64,000 bases of DNA from Parcubacteria group bacterium (GCA_041659685.1 JBAZXV010000003.1:2040-66039), one strand, 5' to 3'. Shown: positions 46,348 to 56,810, counted from the stretch's first letter. Numbers and translations: made by a program. Notes: a model not told the origin generated them from the letters alone.

Positions 46348-47799
46348 ATGGCGAATGACGATGTAGCAGTGCGTTTCAATAACGTAACATTTGAATACGG
46401 ATATAAAAAACCCATTTTGGATGAGGTTTCTTTTTCTTTGCGCCGCGGCTCGAAAATCACGCTCATGGGGCAAAACGGCGCCGGCAAAAGCACGATTTTG
46501 AATTTGATTGCCGGATCCCTGAAAGAAGAAGACGGATCCATCTATGTCGACCCACGGCTCAAAATCGCCTACGCAAAACAGGTCATTCCGAGCGATCAAA
46601 TGCCTTTGACGGTCAGGGAATTCTTCGAGCAATGCTTTTTGGAAAAAATATATAATATTGATCCGAAAATCGACAGCGTACTTGACCTTGTTAATCTCAA
46701 GGCGCCGCATGACAAAATAATCAGGGAATTTTCCGGCGGACAGCAGGCTCGCCTCCTTTTGGCTTCGGCTTTGATCCAGGATCCGGATCTTCTCATTCTT
46801 GACGAGCCGACCAACAATTTGGACGCGGCGGGAATCGCCCGGCTTACGGAATTTTTGATGAATTACGACAAAACCTGCATTGTTATTTCCCACGATGCGG
46901 ACTTCTTGAATTCTTTCACGGACGGAGTCCTCTATCTTGACGTGTTCACCCACAAAGTTGAACAATATCTCGGCGACTATTATGTCGTGGTGGCGGAAAT
47001 CGCGGACCGCATCGAAAAAGAAAAGAGAAAAAATGCGCAATACGAAAAAGAAATTATCGCCAACAAAGAAAAAGCTAATTTTTTCGCAAACAAGGGAGGA
47101 AAAATGCGTCTCGTCGCGCGAAAAATGCGCAATAAAGCGGCTGAAATGGAGGAATCGAAAGTTGATGTAAGACGGGAGGACAAAGCCATTCGAAATTTCA
47201 CCATTCCCGTTCAGGAAGAACTGCTGGGAGAAATCCTGAATATCAGTTCACTCACTGTGATGAGAGGCCAGAATCCGGAAGAGAAGAAAACGGCTGTCTC
47301 GCTCAAAAAAAACACTCATCTTCTGCTGGCCGGCCCCAACGGGATCGGAAAAAGTACTTTGCTTGAATCGCTGGCTTCAGGCAGTGCCAAGGGCGCAAAA
47401 ATTGCGGACGGCATCCGGATCGGATACTACCGGCAGGATTTTTCGACGCTTAATTTCGAAGACACCGTGCGTGATTCGCTTGCGGCGGCAGCGCGAAAAA
47501 ATGACGAAGAGATGCTTCGATCAGTCGCCTCGGGATTCCTTATCGATAAAAAAATAATCAATGAAAAGATCGGAACCCTTTCCGAAGGGCAAAAGGGGCT
47601 CGTCGCTTTTGCGCGCCTCGTTCTTGAAGAGCCGGGACTTTTGATTCTGGACGAGCCGACGAACCACATCAATTTCCGCCATCTGCCGGTTATCGCAAAA
47701 GCCCTGGATTCCTTCAAGGGCGCCATGGTTCTTGTGAGCCATGTCCCTGAATTCGTGCAGCAAATCCGGATAGACGAAGTACTGGATCTGGAAAAATAA
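46348..47799 (+). CDS. ABC-F family ATPase (tandem ABC domains, no TM domain)
   Basis: Two Walker A motifs (GQNGAGKST; GPNGIGKST), two LSGGQ-like signatures and an inter-domain linker. Confidence 0.9.
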   Translation: MANDDVAVRFNNVTFEYGYKKPILDEVSFSLRRGSKITLMGQNGAGKSTILNLIAGSLKEEDGSIYVDPRLKIAYAKQVIPSDQMPLTVREFFEQCFLEKIYNIDPKIDSVLDLVNLKAPHDKIIREFSGGQQARLLLASALIQDPDLLILDEPTNNLDAAGIARLTEFLMNYDKTCIVISHDADFLNSFTDGVLYLDVFTHKVEQYLGDYYVVVAEIADRIEKEKRKNAQYEKEIIANKEKANFFANKGGKMRLVARKMRNKAAEMEESKVDVRREDKAIRNFTIPVQEELLGEILNISSLTVMRGQNPEEKKTAVSLKKNTHLLLAGPNGIGKSTLLESLASGSAKGAKIADGIRIGYYRQDFSTLNFEDTVRDSLAAAARKNDEEMLRSVASGFLIDKKIINEKIGTLSEGQKGLVAFARLVLEEPGLLILDEPTNHINFRHLPVIAKALDSFKGAMVLVSHVPEFVQQIRIDEVLDLEK

Positions 47800-47819
47800 T
47801 TTTACGAATTACACTATTG

Positions 47820-47852
47820 AAACCGCCCCGCTAAGGAGGGGCGGTTTTTGTT
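47820..47852 (+). terminator. rho-independent terminator (CCGCCCC..GGGGCGG + T5)
   Basis: Perfect hairpin plus T-run. Confidence 0.75.
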
Positions 47853-47902
47853 CGGAACGGAGATAAGCAATTAATTACTTATCTCGTTAAGTCATCATCT
47901 TT

Positions 47903-48745
47903 TCACAGTTTAAGTTTTTTATTTCTCAGGCTGAACTTTGGAAAAAGCGTCCCGGAAAGAATGATATTTTTCGCAGAACATGCCTCCCGGCCAAAAGACA
48001 AAACGGCAGGGCTTTTTCCCGTAAACGAAGGCGGGCGATAGAAAAATTTCATCGCCCCCAATTCTGAAGAAGATTCTTTTTCTTCGCTGCCGACAATCAG
48101 GGTGCTCTTGACGGGACTGCTTAAGTTGCCCGCCGCATCGCCCGCCAAACCCGTAATTTCATACTTACCCGGAGTTAATTCCGGAAAAATGATGCCGGAC
48201 GGCAAAACCCACGTGCCATCTTCGTTGTTAACGGCGGCATAGACAGTTCCATTGATATCGACTACGATTACGGCTGTTTTATCATCAACCGTTCCTTCGA
48301 GATCCGGGCTGGAATCGTTTGTGACGGAACTGTTAACAGTCATCTTGGGCGCCGCTGTGTCGATAACCAGACCTTCCATGGCCCTTATGCTGATCCGGGC
48401 GCCTTCAAGGGGAACCGCGTTCATTGTCACATCATAGATCCCGTCCGCCAGATCGGTTTCCGCGCCTGCCGCCCAACTTCCGTCGCCGCTGTTGACTCCC
48501 CGAAAAGTTTGGTTGGCGACGTTCACGAATATGCCGGCGCTGGGTTCATCGATGGTGCCGGTAACGGTCGGCTTCGTATTGTTGGTTATCTGATAATTAA
48601 TGCTGAGTCGCGGACCGGGAATCACCGTGGGGTTAAGGAGAAGCTGATTTCCCGCTGTCTCCTGCGCTTTTGCCGGACTGACAGCTAAAATCAGCCAAAA
48701 TAGAGCCAGATTCGCCAACACCCTTCCAAATAAATTATTATCCAT
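47903..48745 (-). CDS. secreted Ig-like domain protein
   Basis: Signal peptide (LALFWLILAVSPAKA). Ig-like beta-rich repeats (TVTGTIDEPSAGIFVNV; EGTVDDKTAVIVVDING). Confidence 0.6.
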   Translation of the reverse strand: MDNNLFGRVLANLALFWLILAVSPAKAQETAGNQLLLNPTVIPGPRLSINYQITNNTKPTVTGTIDEPSAGIFVNVANQTFRGVNSGDGSWAAGAETDLADGIYDVTMNAVPLEGARISIRAMEGLVIDTAAPKMTVNSSVTNDSSPDLEGTVDDKTAVIVVDINGTVYAAVNNEDGTWVLPSGIIFPELTPGKYEITGLAGDAAGNLSSPVKSTLIVGSEEKESSSELGAMKFFYRPPSFTGKSPAVLSFGREACSAKNIILSGTLFPKFSLRNKKLKL

Positions 48746-48957
48746 CTTTTTTAAATATCAATTAATTTATCCTTCTCTGCGATGCAAGATAAGCGCACTC
48801 AACCGTCCCTATTTATGAATACTTATTTTAGTTTTTTTTATTACTGATATTTCAGAAATCGAGCGCCTGTAAAATCCGGCTTGGCAGAGATAAAAACCAA
48901 AAAGCGCTCCATTGCAAAAGACGCTTTAGCTTCGGAATGAAGATGCTCCAAACAGTT

Positions 48958-50631
48958 TTATTCGCGGCGGATTATAAGAGAGGCAAGGGCGGCAAAAAGA
49001 GAAAGCGCGGCCGAAATTGAAAACACGAGAATCGTCCCTTTTCTGAAAGGCCCGCTCAAAATACTGGGAAAAAATTCATGTCCCAACAAATCGTTTCTGG
49101 CGGAATCGGACAAACTGTTTAAAACTTGGCCTGGAACGAGCGAACCCAGAGGATTATAACCCAGAAAGGCGGCGAAAATTGCATTGGTGGGCGGCAGATG
49201 CGAAACGGCTTGAGCGGTAGGAACCGGGATGCCTTCTTTAATCAAAGATTGGTCGAGCGTGCCGGGGAGGCTGGAGGAAAGTCCGATCGTAATCAGCGCA
49301 AAAACAATAACAATGCCCATACTGTTTGAAACATTGAGAAATGTAGACCTCATTCCCGAGGCGACTCCGCGATGCTCAGGCGGAACGGAGTTCATTATCA
49401 CAGCCGTATTGGGAGAAAAGAATATCCCCATACCGGCTCCCAGGATAAAAATAATAAGAGCGAAAACAGGATAAGAAAAATTTATCGGGAGAAAAAGAAG
49501 CCCGATGAAAGCCAAAGCGGATACGAGCATGCCTCCCACCGTAAAATACCGGGAGCCGAAACGATCGGAAAAATAGCCGCCGATAGGCCCGGTGATAAAA
49601 AGTCCGGCGGTCAGGGGCAAAATAAAAATGCCGGCCCAAAGAGGAGTGTCCGCGAAATCATACCCGCGAAGCGGCAGCCAAATCCCCTGCAGCCAGATAA
49701 TGAGCATGAAAAGAAGGCCGCTTCTCGAGAGCGAGGAAAGGAAAGAAGCGACATTTGCGGCGGTAAAAACAGGAATGCGGAAAAGCTCCAGCCTGAACAT
49801 GGGAGCAATTTTTTTTCTTAATTTCTCCACAAAATAAAAAGCCGCGAGGAGAAGGAGGCCGACTGCCATAGCGCCGATGACTTTCGGATTCGTCCACCCC
49901 ATGGGCGACGACCCATACGGAATGATTCCGTATATGAATCCGACCATAAAAATCGTCAGGCCTCCCGCAAAAAGGATGTTTCCGAGGATATCCAGCTTCA
50001 CTTTTTCTTTTTTTCGCTTCACTTCCCGAAGGGAATAATAGGCCCAGACGGTTCCTCCGACGGAAAAAGGAATGCTCACCAGAAAAACGTATCTCCAATA
50101 TATCGCGGCCAGAACTCCACCAAGGACGAGTCCGATAAACTGCCCGGAGAGAAACGCCATTTGGTTTATTCCGAGCGCGAGACCCCTTTGCTTTTCCGGA
50201 AACGCATCGGTGATTATGGCCGAAGAATTGGCAAAAATGAACGCTCCTCCCACCGCCTGGACCATTCGGAAAATAATGAGCTGGATTGCCGCGCTGTTTC
50301 CCTGGCCGTGGATGAAATAGAGAAGAGTCGATCCGACCGCAAAAACAAGAAATCCGAAATTATAGAGGCGAACCCGGCCATACATATCCGAAATGCGTCC
50401 GATCGTCACCAAAAGGACGGAAGTCACCAAAAGATACCCCATTATCGTCCACAAAAGGTAATTCGATTCCTCCGGAAGAAGAGGATCAACTCCGATTCCC
50501 CGAAAAATCGCGGGAAGGGCGATGAGGACTATGCTGGCGTCGATGGCCGCCATAACGACACCCAGCGTAGTGTTGGAAAGCACAATCCATTTATAATCCA
50601 TATTTCGAATACGATTGAGTAGGCCTGGCAT
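48958..50631 (-). CDS. MFS transporter, DHA2 (14-TM drug:H+ antiporter) family
   Basis: About 14 predicted TM helices. MFS motif A region (GRISDMYGRVRLY). Confidence 0.88.
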   Translation of the reverse strand: MPGLLNRIRNMDYKWIVLSNTTLGVVMAAIDASIVLIALPAIFRGIGVDPLLPEESNYLLWTIMGYLLVTSVLLVTIGRISDMYGRVRLYNFGFLVFAVGSTLLYFIHGQGNSAAIQLIIFRMVQAVGGAFIFANSSAIITDAFPEKQRGLALGINQMAFLSGQFIGLVLGGVLAAIYWRYVFLVSIPFSVGGTVWAYYSLREVKRKKEKVKLDILGNILFAGGLTIFMVGFIYGIIPYGSSPMGWTNPKVIGAMAVGLLLLAAFYFVEKLRKKIAPMFRLELFRIPVFTAANVASFLSSLSRSGLLFMLIIWLQGIWLPLRGYDFADTPLWAGIFILPLTAGLFITGPIGGYFSDRFGSRYFTVGGMLVSALAFIGLLFLPINFSYPVFALIIFILGAGMGIFFSPNTAVIMNSVPPEHRGVASGMRSTFLNVSNSMGIVIVFALITIGLSSSLPGTLDQSLIKEGIPVPTAQAVSHLPPTNAIFAAFLGYNPLGSLVPGQVLNSLSDSARNDLLGHEFFPSILSGPFRKGTILVFSISAALSLFAALASLIIRRE

Positions 50632-50815
50632 AGTTTTCCGGACTTCTTTTTTATGGCCGTAAACATTTATATCACTTAATACTAATGCCTCCAGAGTTTA
50701 TTCCAAGCCAACCGCTTCACGCTGGAAAAATGCGCAATCTGCCGGATAAACCGAAAACCGTCCGCCATAACGGGACGGCCTTTTCATATGAAAATACTTT
50801 CTGAAGCGCGTATGA

Positions 50816-51886
50816 TTATTTCTCCCAGGAATAAGCCTTAAATGTCCAGTCAATCGCCGTGCGAATGTCCTGCCAGCGATACGGATCGTCAAGGATAACC
50901 ACGACGATGCGATGCAAGCGGGTTGGATCCGATACTCCCATAGGAAGGGAATATCCGGCCGCCGGCGTGAAACCGGTTTTTCCGCCCATGCAATTTGGAA
51001 TATCGTCGAGAAGAATATCGCTGTTAATGAGAGTGTGCGACGTCTGGCCGTCGCAAGAATATATTTCTGAATTATTCGGAAATCTGAACATTTTCCAAAC
51101 TTCGTCAAAGCGCATCGAATAAGCGGCGATGCGCGCAATGTCAGCCGCCGAGGAATAGCATTCGGATTCGCGTCCGTCCGGCTCGAGTCCGGAAGGCGTG
51201 CAAAAATGCGTATCCGTAAGTCCCATCTGTTCCGCTTTCCGGTTCATGAGACCGGCGAAGGCGTCCTGGGATCCGGCGATATGTTTTCCGAGGGCAATCG
51301 CCGCATCGTTGGCGCTGTTCATCAGCATCGCCTGAAGAAGGCTCCGCGCCGAAACCCGCTCCCCGATCTTGAGCCGGGGACTGATGCAATAGCCGCTGCG
51401 TGGACAGCCGATCTTTGTTCCTTCGATATAGACTTCCTCTTCGCCAATTTCCACCGGTTCTTCAAGATCACCTATTTTTTCCATAGCCAGAATGGCTGTC
51501 ATCATTTTCGTGAGCGATGCGATTTGCTTTTGGTCCGCTTCATGACCTCCGGCCAATATTTTCCCCGTATCGGCATCAACCACCACAAAGGCATGAGCGG
51601 TTGGAATCGCAAGATCATGAATTTCTTCATTCCGCACCGGCTGGTATTCCGGATCGTCGACGGCTTGGGCCTTAATCCGTTCGATTTTTTTCGCTTCCGC
51701 CTCAGGAATCGCTTTCTGAATTTCGTCCGGCCGCACCTCGTTGCGGAGCGATTTGTAATGCCGGCTGATCATATACGCTCCGTCAGCGATTATAATCGCT
51801 ATGAGCAGCAATAAAACAAAACCATATTTTGGTTTTTTGGGAGGCGGATCAGGTTTATATCTTTTAGGCAGGTATTTTATGTCCAT
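50816..51886 (-). CDS. D-alanyl-D-alanine carboxypeptidase (serine peptidase S11, PBP5/6-like)
   Basis: SLTKMMT (SxxK), SANDAA (SxN) and KTGFT (KTG) active-site motifs. N-terminal membrane anchor. Confidence 0.85.
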   Translation of the reverse strand: MDIKYLPKRYKPDPPPKKPKYGFVLLLLIAIIIADGAYMISRHYKSLRNEVRPDEIQKAIPEAEAKKIERIKAQAVDDPEYQPVRNEEIHDLAIPTAHAFVVVDADTGKILAGGHEADQKQIASLTKMMTAILAMEKIGDLEEPVEIGEEEVYIEGTKIGCPRSGYCISPRLKIGERVSARSLLQAMLMNSANDAAIALGKHIAGSQDAFAGLMNRKAEQMGLTDTHFCTPSGLEPDGRESECYSSAADIARIAAYSMRFDEVWKMFRFPNNSEIYSCDGQTSHTLINSDILLDDIPNCMGGKTGFTPAAGYSLPMGVSDPTRLHRIVVVILDDPYRWQDIRTAIDWTFKAYSWEK

Positions 51887-52081
51887 TACGAAGAAATTTT
51901 AGCAAATGAAAGGAGCCTCTGCAAATCAGCGGAAGATAAAACATTGACAGCCGCCGCGGCAGGATGTTTTTCCGCGGCGGAAGCTGGAAATTGGCGAAGG
52001 AGAAAAAATGGTCGAGAAGACTGGAAATAATATCCGCAGCCCCCCGTATTACCTATTAATCTAAATCTTAAAAACAGGAAT

Positions 52082-52231
52082 ATGCTGTGGACCATATTCG
52101 TAATCCTGCTGATCCTCTGGATTTTGGGAGTGGTGAGCTCCTATACTTTGGGAGGCTATATTCACATTTTGCTTGTCATAGCGATAGTGGTTCTTCTGAT
52201 CAGATTAATTGAAGGCAGAAGAGTCATTTGA
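52082..52231 (+). CDS. Lmo0937-family small membrane protein
   Basis: 49 aa: MLWTIFVILLILWILGVVSSYTLGGYIHILLVIAIVVLLIRLIEGRRVI. It is below the ORF-track cutoff and matches the conserved family pattern. Confidence 0.6.
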   Translation: MLWTIFVILLILWILGVVSSYTLGGYIHILLVIAIVVLLIRLIEGRRVI

Positions 52232-52258
52232 CGATCCAGAAGACAACCCCTGCTCAAA

Positions 52259-52392
52259 TCAACCGCTCATTGGCGGTTTTTCTTCGGGGCGGAAATACTC
52301 ACCAAGGTAAGTATTTAAATACGTATATCTGATTATTTCCCAACATCGGATGTCGGGAAACGCTAGGAGTTGTAGACGTCGGACGTCTACAA
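52259..52392 (+). repeat. mosaic palindromic repeat, modules B-C-D-A
   Basis: CCGCTCATTGGCGG+T5; GGAAATACTCACCAAGGTAAGTATTTAAATACGTAT; TTCCCAACATCGGATGTCGGGAA; GTAGACGTCGGACGTCTAC. Confidence 0.75.
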
Positions 52393-52536
52393 GAGTTGGT
52401 TTCCGGGATTACGCTCGCGGTCTTTTGCATAGGAGGACAAAATCTGCATGCAGTTGAGATCCCCCGATATTTTGGGGGTTGTTTTTTGTTCGAACACTTT
52501 GTTCGCATGGCATAAACAAAACCACCTGCTGAAATT

Positions 52537-52566
52537 GACATTCGGCAAACTATCGGATACTATTCA
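52537..52566 (+). promoter_or_regulatory. sigma70-type promoter TTGACA-N17-TACTAT upstream of 52599
   Basis: Consensus -35, 17-bp spacer. Confidence 0.5.
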
Positions 52567-52598
52567 TTATCAAAATAAAAAGATGGGAAGAGGAGAAT

Positions 52599-52937
52599 AT
52601 GGATCAAAAGCAAACAGTTCCTTTGGGTTCCCGGGAAGAGTATGCAATGGCCGAAGCCCTTCTGGCCGTCCAGGAAGTTCCCGGTGCAAACAGGCAAAAA
52701 TGCGAGCAGGCTTATGAGGCGCGGCATGAGGAAGCCCTTCTCGAATTCCCTCTCCTTGCGCATATCAACGATTATGCCGCCAGGATGGAGACGGTCTTTG
52801 ATGAAGAGATTGCGCTCATGCATTACGATCTCATTTATTTTAGACTCTACTCCGTCGCCTCCAAGGCGATCAAGGTGATCGCGGCTTATCGGCCCGAACT
52901 TGCCAAGCGGCTTGCCGAAAAGGCGGAGGAGACGTGA
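52599..52937 (+). CDS. hypothetical protein
   Basis: 112 aa. SD GGAAGAGGAG. A terminator follows at 52948-52992. Confidence 0.5.
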   Translation: MDQKQTVPLGSREEYAMAEALLAVQEVPGANRQKCEQAYEARHEEALLEFPLLAHINDYAARMETVFDEEIALMHYDLIYFRLYSVASKAIKVIAAYRPELAKRLAEKAEET

Positions 52938-52947
52938 ACGCCGACCA

Positions 52948-52992
52948 GAAAATTTTTGCGCGCCCGTCAGGCGGCCTTTCACCGAGAGGCCG
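52948..52992 (+). terminator. rho-independent terminator (GCGGCCTTTCACCGAGAGGCCGC + T-rich)
   Basis: Hairpin followed by a T-run. Confidence 0.7.
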
Positions 52993-53107
52993 CTTTATCT
53001 TTTTCAAATTTTCCAACGTCCGGTTTTGAGAAGCCGCTTGCATCAAAACGGACGCTTTTTATCCAGAATGCGCTTGCCGCTTCTATGTGGTAAAATGAAG
53101 TCAACCG

Positions 53108-53803
53108 ATGAAAAAACAAAAAATCAAAAATAAAGCCCATACTCTTATCATTTCCGATCTTCACATGGGATCGCGGGTGAGCCGCGCCAGGGAAGCCGCC
53201 GAGTTTCTTAAAAGCTTTGAATTCCAAAAATTGATTTTACTCGGAGACATTTTTGAAGATCTCAATTTTAACCGCCTTCGTGAAGAAGACTGGAAGTTTA
53301 TAGCGCTCCTCACAAGGCTTTCCAAAACCAGAAAAGTGCGCTGGGTCGAAGGAAACCACGACAGGGGACTCGCGAAAATTTTTGCCGCGCTCACCGGAGC
53401 GAAAGTATATAAAGTTTATGTTTGGCGGCACAAGAACAAGAAATACCTCGCGATCCACGGCCATCAGTTTGATAATTTCCTCGTCGACAATGCCCTCCTA
53501 AGCTTGATCGCCGTCAAATTATATAATTTTATCCAGCTCATCGATTTTAAAGATAAGAGAATGAGCCGCTACGTAAAGAGGGAAAGCAAGGGCTGGATGC
53601 GCAATTCCGAAAAAGTAGCGGCGCGCGCCGTCCTCTATGCACGCCTTCGCGGGGCTGATTATATTTTCTGCGGGCACACCCACCAAGCGATGCAGGAGAA
53701 AAGAGGCAAAATCCGATATTTCAACTCGGGTTCCTGGACGGACGTGCCTTCGACCTATATTACTGCGGATGGCAAAAAAATCGAGATTTGCAGATATCAA
53801 TAA
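53108..53803 (+). CDS. metallophosphoesterase (calcineurin-like; LpxH/YfcE-like)
   Basis: SDLHMG ... GDIFE ... GNHD ... GHTH motif series. Confidence 0.82.
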   Translation: MKKQKIKNKAHTLIISDLHMGSRVSRAREAAEFLKSFEFQKLILLGDIFEDLNFNRLREEDWKFIALLTRLSKTRKVRWVEGNHDRGLAKIFAALTGAKVYKVYVWRHKNKKYLAIHGHQFDNFLVDNALLSLIAVKLYNFIQLIDFKDKRMSRYVKRESKGWMRNSEKVAARAVLYARLRGADYIFCGHTHQAMQEKRGKIRYFNSGSWTDVPSTYITADGKKIEICRYQ

Positions 53804-53805
53804 AT

Positions 53806-53836
53806 AAAATATCCCGGCAATTGACGCCGGGATTTT
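53806..53836 (+). terminator. rho-independent terminator (CCCGGC..GCCGGG + T7)
   Basis: Hairpin followed by a T-run. Confidence 0.7.
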
Positions 53837-53977
53837 TTTGTCGGGTAAAAATTCTTAGGACAAAGAAACAAAGCCGGCGAATATTTGTAGGAATATACGA
53901 GAGAAAAATATAAGCGCGTTAATTTATAATTTACTCTGTTAAATAGCGCGCCGGAGCGCAATTTAACAGGAAAAAAT

Positions 53978-54478
53978 ATGGAAAAAAGCAACAACGGACA
54001 GAAAATTATTATCGAGCGCGTATTCAATGTTCCAAAAGAAAAAGCCTGGAAGGCCTGGACTGATCCTGAAATGATCAAAAAATGGTGGGGACCGAAAGAT
54101 TTCACAGCGCCCCATATCAGCCTCGATCTGCGCGCGGGCGGCAAGTTCCTCTATTCCATGCGGGGAAAAGCCGGACCGGATCAGCCGGTAAGAGATTTTT
54201 GGAATACCGGTAAATTTATGAAAATCGTGCCGCGGGAAAAAATCGTCTCATCCGTCAGCTTTGCGGACGAGCAAGGAAACCCCGTTCCCGCCTCGCACTA
54301 CGACATGCCCGACCAGTGGCCGATGGAAACCAAATCAACGACCATATTCGAGGAAACCGCAGATGGAAAAACAAAACTAACCGTGCGGGAGGCCGGCATT
54401 CCCGAAGAAATGGCCGAGCCCGCGCGCATGGGCTGGGAACAGTCTCTCGACAAATTTCAAAAAGTCCTTGAGCAATGA
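53978..54478 (+). CDS. SRPBCC-superfamily protein (Aha1/activator-of-Hsp90-ATPase-like)
   Basis: IERVFNVPKEKAWKAWTDPEMIKKWWGP is the typical AHSA1-domain start. Confidence 0.78.
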   Translation: MEKSNNGQKIIIERVFNVPKEKAWKAWTDPEMIKKWWGPKDFTAPHISLDLRAGGKFLYSMRGKAGPDQPVRDFWNTGKFMKIVPREKIVSSVSFADEQGNPVPASHYDMPDQWPMETKSTTIFEETADGKTKLTVREAGIPEEMAEPARMGWEQSLDKFQKVLEQ

Positions 54479-54502
54479 CCAACTATTATTTTCTTCCCAA
54501 AT

Positions 54503-55192
54503 TCAATCCTGGGAAATGCTAATCAGAGTGCAGGCTCCCTTTTTTGTGAGAGCGGGGATCACCCGGTATTTGACTCCCCCAATCTCGGTCTTCCAGGAGC
54601 TTTCCCAGTGGCCGGACAGGACATATTTCACATTCGGCGTCAGAAGTTTGCGAAATTCCTTATATTTATTCGAATATTTTTTCGACGTTCTTGAAAACGG
54701 CGGATGGTGCATGGCGATTATGACATCTTTATCGGTTTGGAGCGCCTGCTTCAAAAATTTTAACTGGGTTTTTTTCAGTCCCCCGGTCGAATCGCTGTTT
54801 CTTTCATTGGTATCGAGAACAATTATGCGGATTTTTTTCAGATCGCAGTAATAATATGTCGAACCGTTAAAAACCTTGAAACTTTTCTTGTCGTGATTGC
54901 CTTTGACCCAGATCGTCTTGACTGATGAAAATTTATCGGCGGCGTCCTTCAGCATTTTGGCGTATGTTTTTAACCCTTTATCCGTCATGTCTCCGTCAAC
55001 TATCACTGCGTCCGCCTTGTCCTCAAAATTCCGAAGCGCGTCTTCAAAATAGGATATTTTTTCTTCAGGGGAACAGGCTGTTTTGGATTGCTTCATGTTT
55101 TTTTTGCCGACGTGAAGATCGGTTACGACGCCGACGGTTGCCGCCGAGCAAAGACTTGGTATTAAAATAAGCAGAATAATGAGCTTTTTCAT
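54503..55192 (-). CDS. secreted metallophosphoesterase (calcineurin-like)
   Basis: Signal peptide. DLHVG ... DGDMTD ... GNHD ... MHHPP ... GHWE motifs. Confidence 0.78.
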   Translation of the reverse strand: MKKLIILLILIPSLCSAATVGVVTDLHVGKKNMKQSKTACSPEEKISYFEDALRNFEDKADAVIVDGDMTDKGLKTYAKMLKDAADKFSSVKTIWVKGNHDKKSFKVFNGSTYYYCDLKKIRIIVLDTNERNSDSTGGLKKTQLKFLKQALQTDKDVIIAMHHPPFSRTSKKYSNKYKEFRKLLTPNVKYVLSGHWESSWKTEIGGVKYRVIPALTKKGACTLISISQD

Positions 55193-55577
55193 GGTTGTGC
55201 CCGAATCTTTTCATAGATATGGCCTTAGCTGTCCCGGCGTTTGCATTGAATGCCGGGACGGATAAAAAATAATATCGCTTCCCCAAAGTTAAGCGGCTTA
55301 TGATTCCGCTTAGACTCCCCTTCTTTCTCTCATTATGTTTTCAGCCGGCTCTTTCATAAACATTATTACAAAAAGATTTGCAAATCCTTACAGCGCGCCA
55401 AAGGGAAAAACTGCTGAAACAATACTATTAATAACGGCGATCCGTTTCGGCTGAATTTCTAGTGAACCGCCCATCGTCATTTTTCAGCACGGGAATTCGG
55501 AAAAAATCTTCGAAAAAACACCCCGGCGTAAAAGCCGGGGTGTTTTGATGACCGAAGGAATATTTGAGTGTCAGGCG

Positions 55578-56810
55578 TTATTCGACAAAGGTGAGCGCTT
55601 TCCCCTTGTGGGTTCCGCGACCGGTTCGTCCAATGCGATGGATATAATCTTCGTAGGTAGAGGGAATGTCATAATTGATGACATGAGTCACGCCGTCTAT
55701 ATCAAGCCCGCGGGCGGCCACATCCGTGGCGACCAGAATCCGGGCATGATTGTCTTTGAATTTTTTGAGAGCGCGCTGACGCTGGCCGTGAGATTTGTTG
55801 CCATGGATGGATTCTGCCTTGAATCCTCGATTCAAAAGAGTCTTTGAAAGTTTTTCCACTCCATGCTTCGTTCGGCCGAAAACAAGCACTTTTTTGAATT
55901 CGGGACCGTTTAAGATGTTGTGAAGCATCTCGACTTTATCCAATCCGTTTATTTTTACAATATCCTGCTCGACATTTTTTGAGGTCGCCTGAGTTTTTAC
56001 GGAGATTGTTATCGGATCTCTAAGAAAATTGTTAATAAGAGCTTCTATTCTCGGAGACATTGTGGCCGCAAAGCACAGGGTATGCCTCTCCGTCGGAACA
56101 TGCGACATGATAAGACGAATGTCATTGATAAATCCCATATCAAGCATTTGATCGGCCTCATCCAGAACAACGGTTTCCACTTCGCCGAGGCGCAAACATT
56201 TTCTGTTGATAAGATCGATCGTCCTCCCGGGAGTACCGATGATAAGATTATTGAAATATCTAAGATCGCGAATTTGCATGTTGATATTGGCTCCGCCCAC
56301 ACAAACCACCGAATAGAGGCCGAGGCCTTTCGAGAACACGCGAAATTCCTGGTCGATTTGAATCGCCAGTTCGCGCGTCGGAGTCAGAATAAGCACCTGC
56401 GTGTTCTTGTCTTCCTGCATCTTGTGAATAAGCGGCAATAAAAAAGCGGCGGTTTTTCCGGTTCCGGTATTCGCCAGACCCACGACATCGCGGCCGTTCA
56501 GGATGTGCGGAATTATTTTGTCCTGGATTGGAGTCGGCTGCTCATAACCATTCTGTTCGAGAGTGCGAAGGATCGTGGAACTGATTTTAAAGTCGGAAAA
56601 TTTATGTTCCGGCACAAAACGATCCACTTTTTCCGTAATGACAGCGGCTTTGTTGATAAATGAAGAAATGTCGAGCGGCGTTAATTTGAAACCGCCTCCT
56701 CTGGGAGCCCGGCTTCTTCCGCCGAAGCGGCTGCCTCCCCCCGAATTTCTCCGGCGGCCAGGCGAAAAGCTCCGCCTCGCGGATTGATATTTTGAATTAT
56801 TGTTTCTCAT
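55578..56810 (-). CDS. DEAD-box ATP-dependent RNA helicase with RGG-rich N-terminal extension
   Basis: Q-motif (TPIQ), Walker A motif ANTGTGKT, a DEAD motif (LDEAD), SAT, and HRIGRTGRG. Confidence 0.88.
   Translation of the reverse strand: MRNNNSKYQSARRSFSPGRRRNSGGGSRFGGRSRAPRGGGFKLTPLDISSFINKAAVITEKVDRFVPEHKFSDFKISSTILRTLEQNGYEQPTPIQDKIIPHILNGRDVVGLANTGTGKTAAFLLPLIHKMQEDKNTQVLILTPTRELAIQIDQEFRVFSKGLGLYSVVCVGGANINMQIRDLRYFNNLIIGTPGRTIDLINRKCLRLGEVETVVLDEADQMLDMGFINDIRLIMSHVPTERHTLCFAATMSPRIEALINNFLRDPITISVKTQATSKNVEQDIVKINGLDKVEMLHNILNGPEFKKVLVFGRTKHGVEKLSKTLLNRGFKAESIHGNKSHGQRQRALKKFKDNHARILVATDVAARGLDIDGVTHVINYDIPSTYEDYIHRIGRTGRGTHKGKALTFVE

Noticed and set aside
46324-47040. 238-aa minus-strand ORF overlapping the ABC-F gene
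   Set aside because: Antisense to a gene with two canonical Walker A and signature motifs. No RBS.
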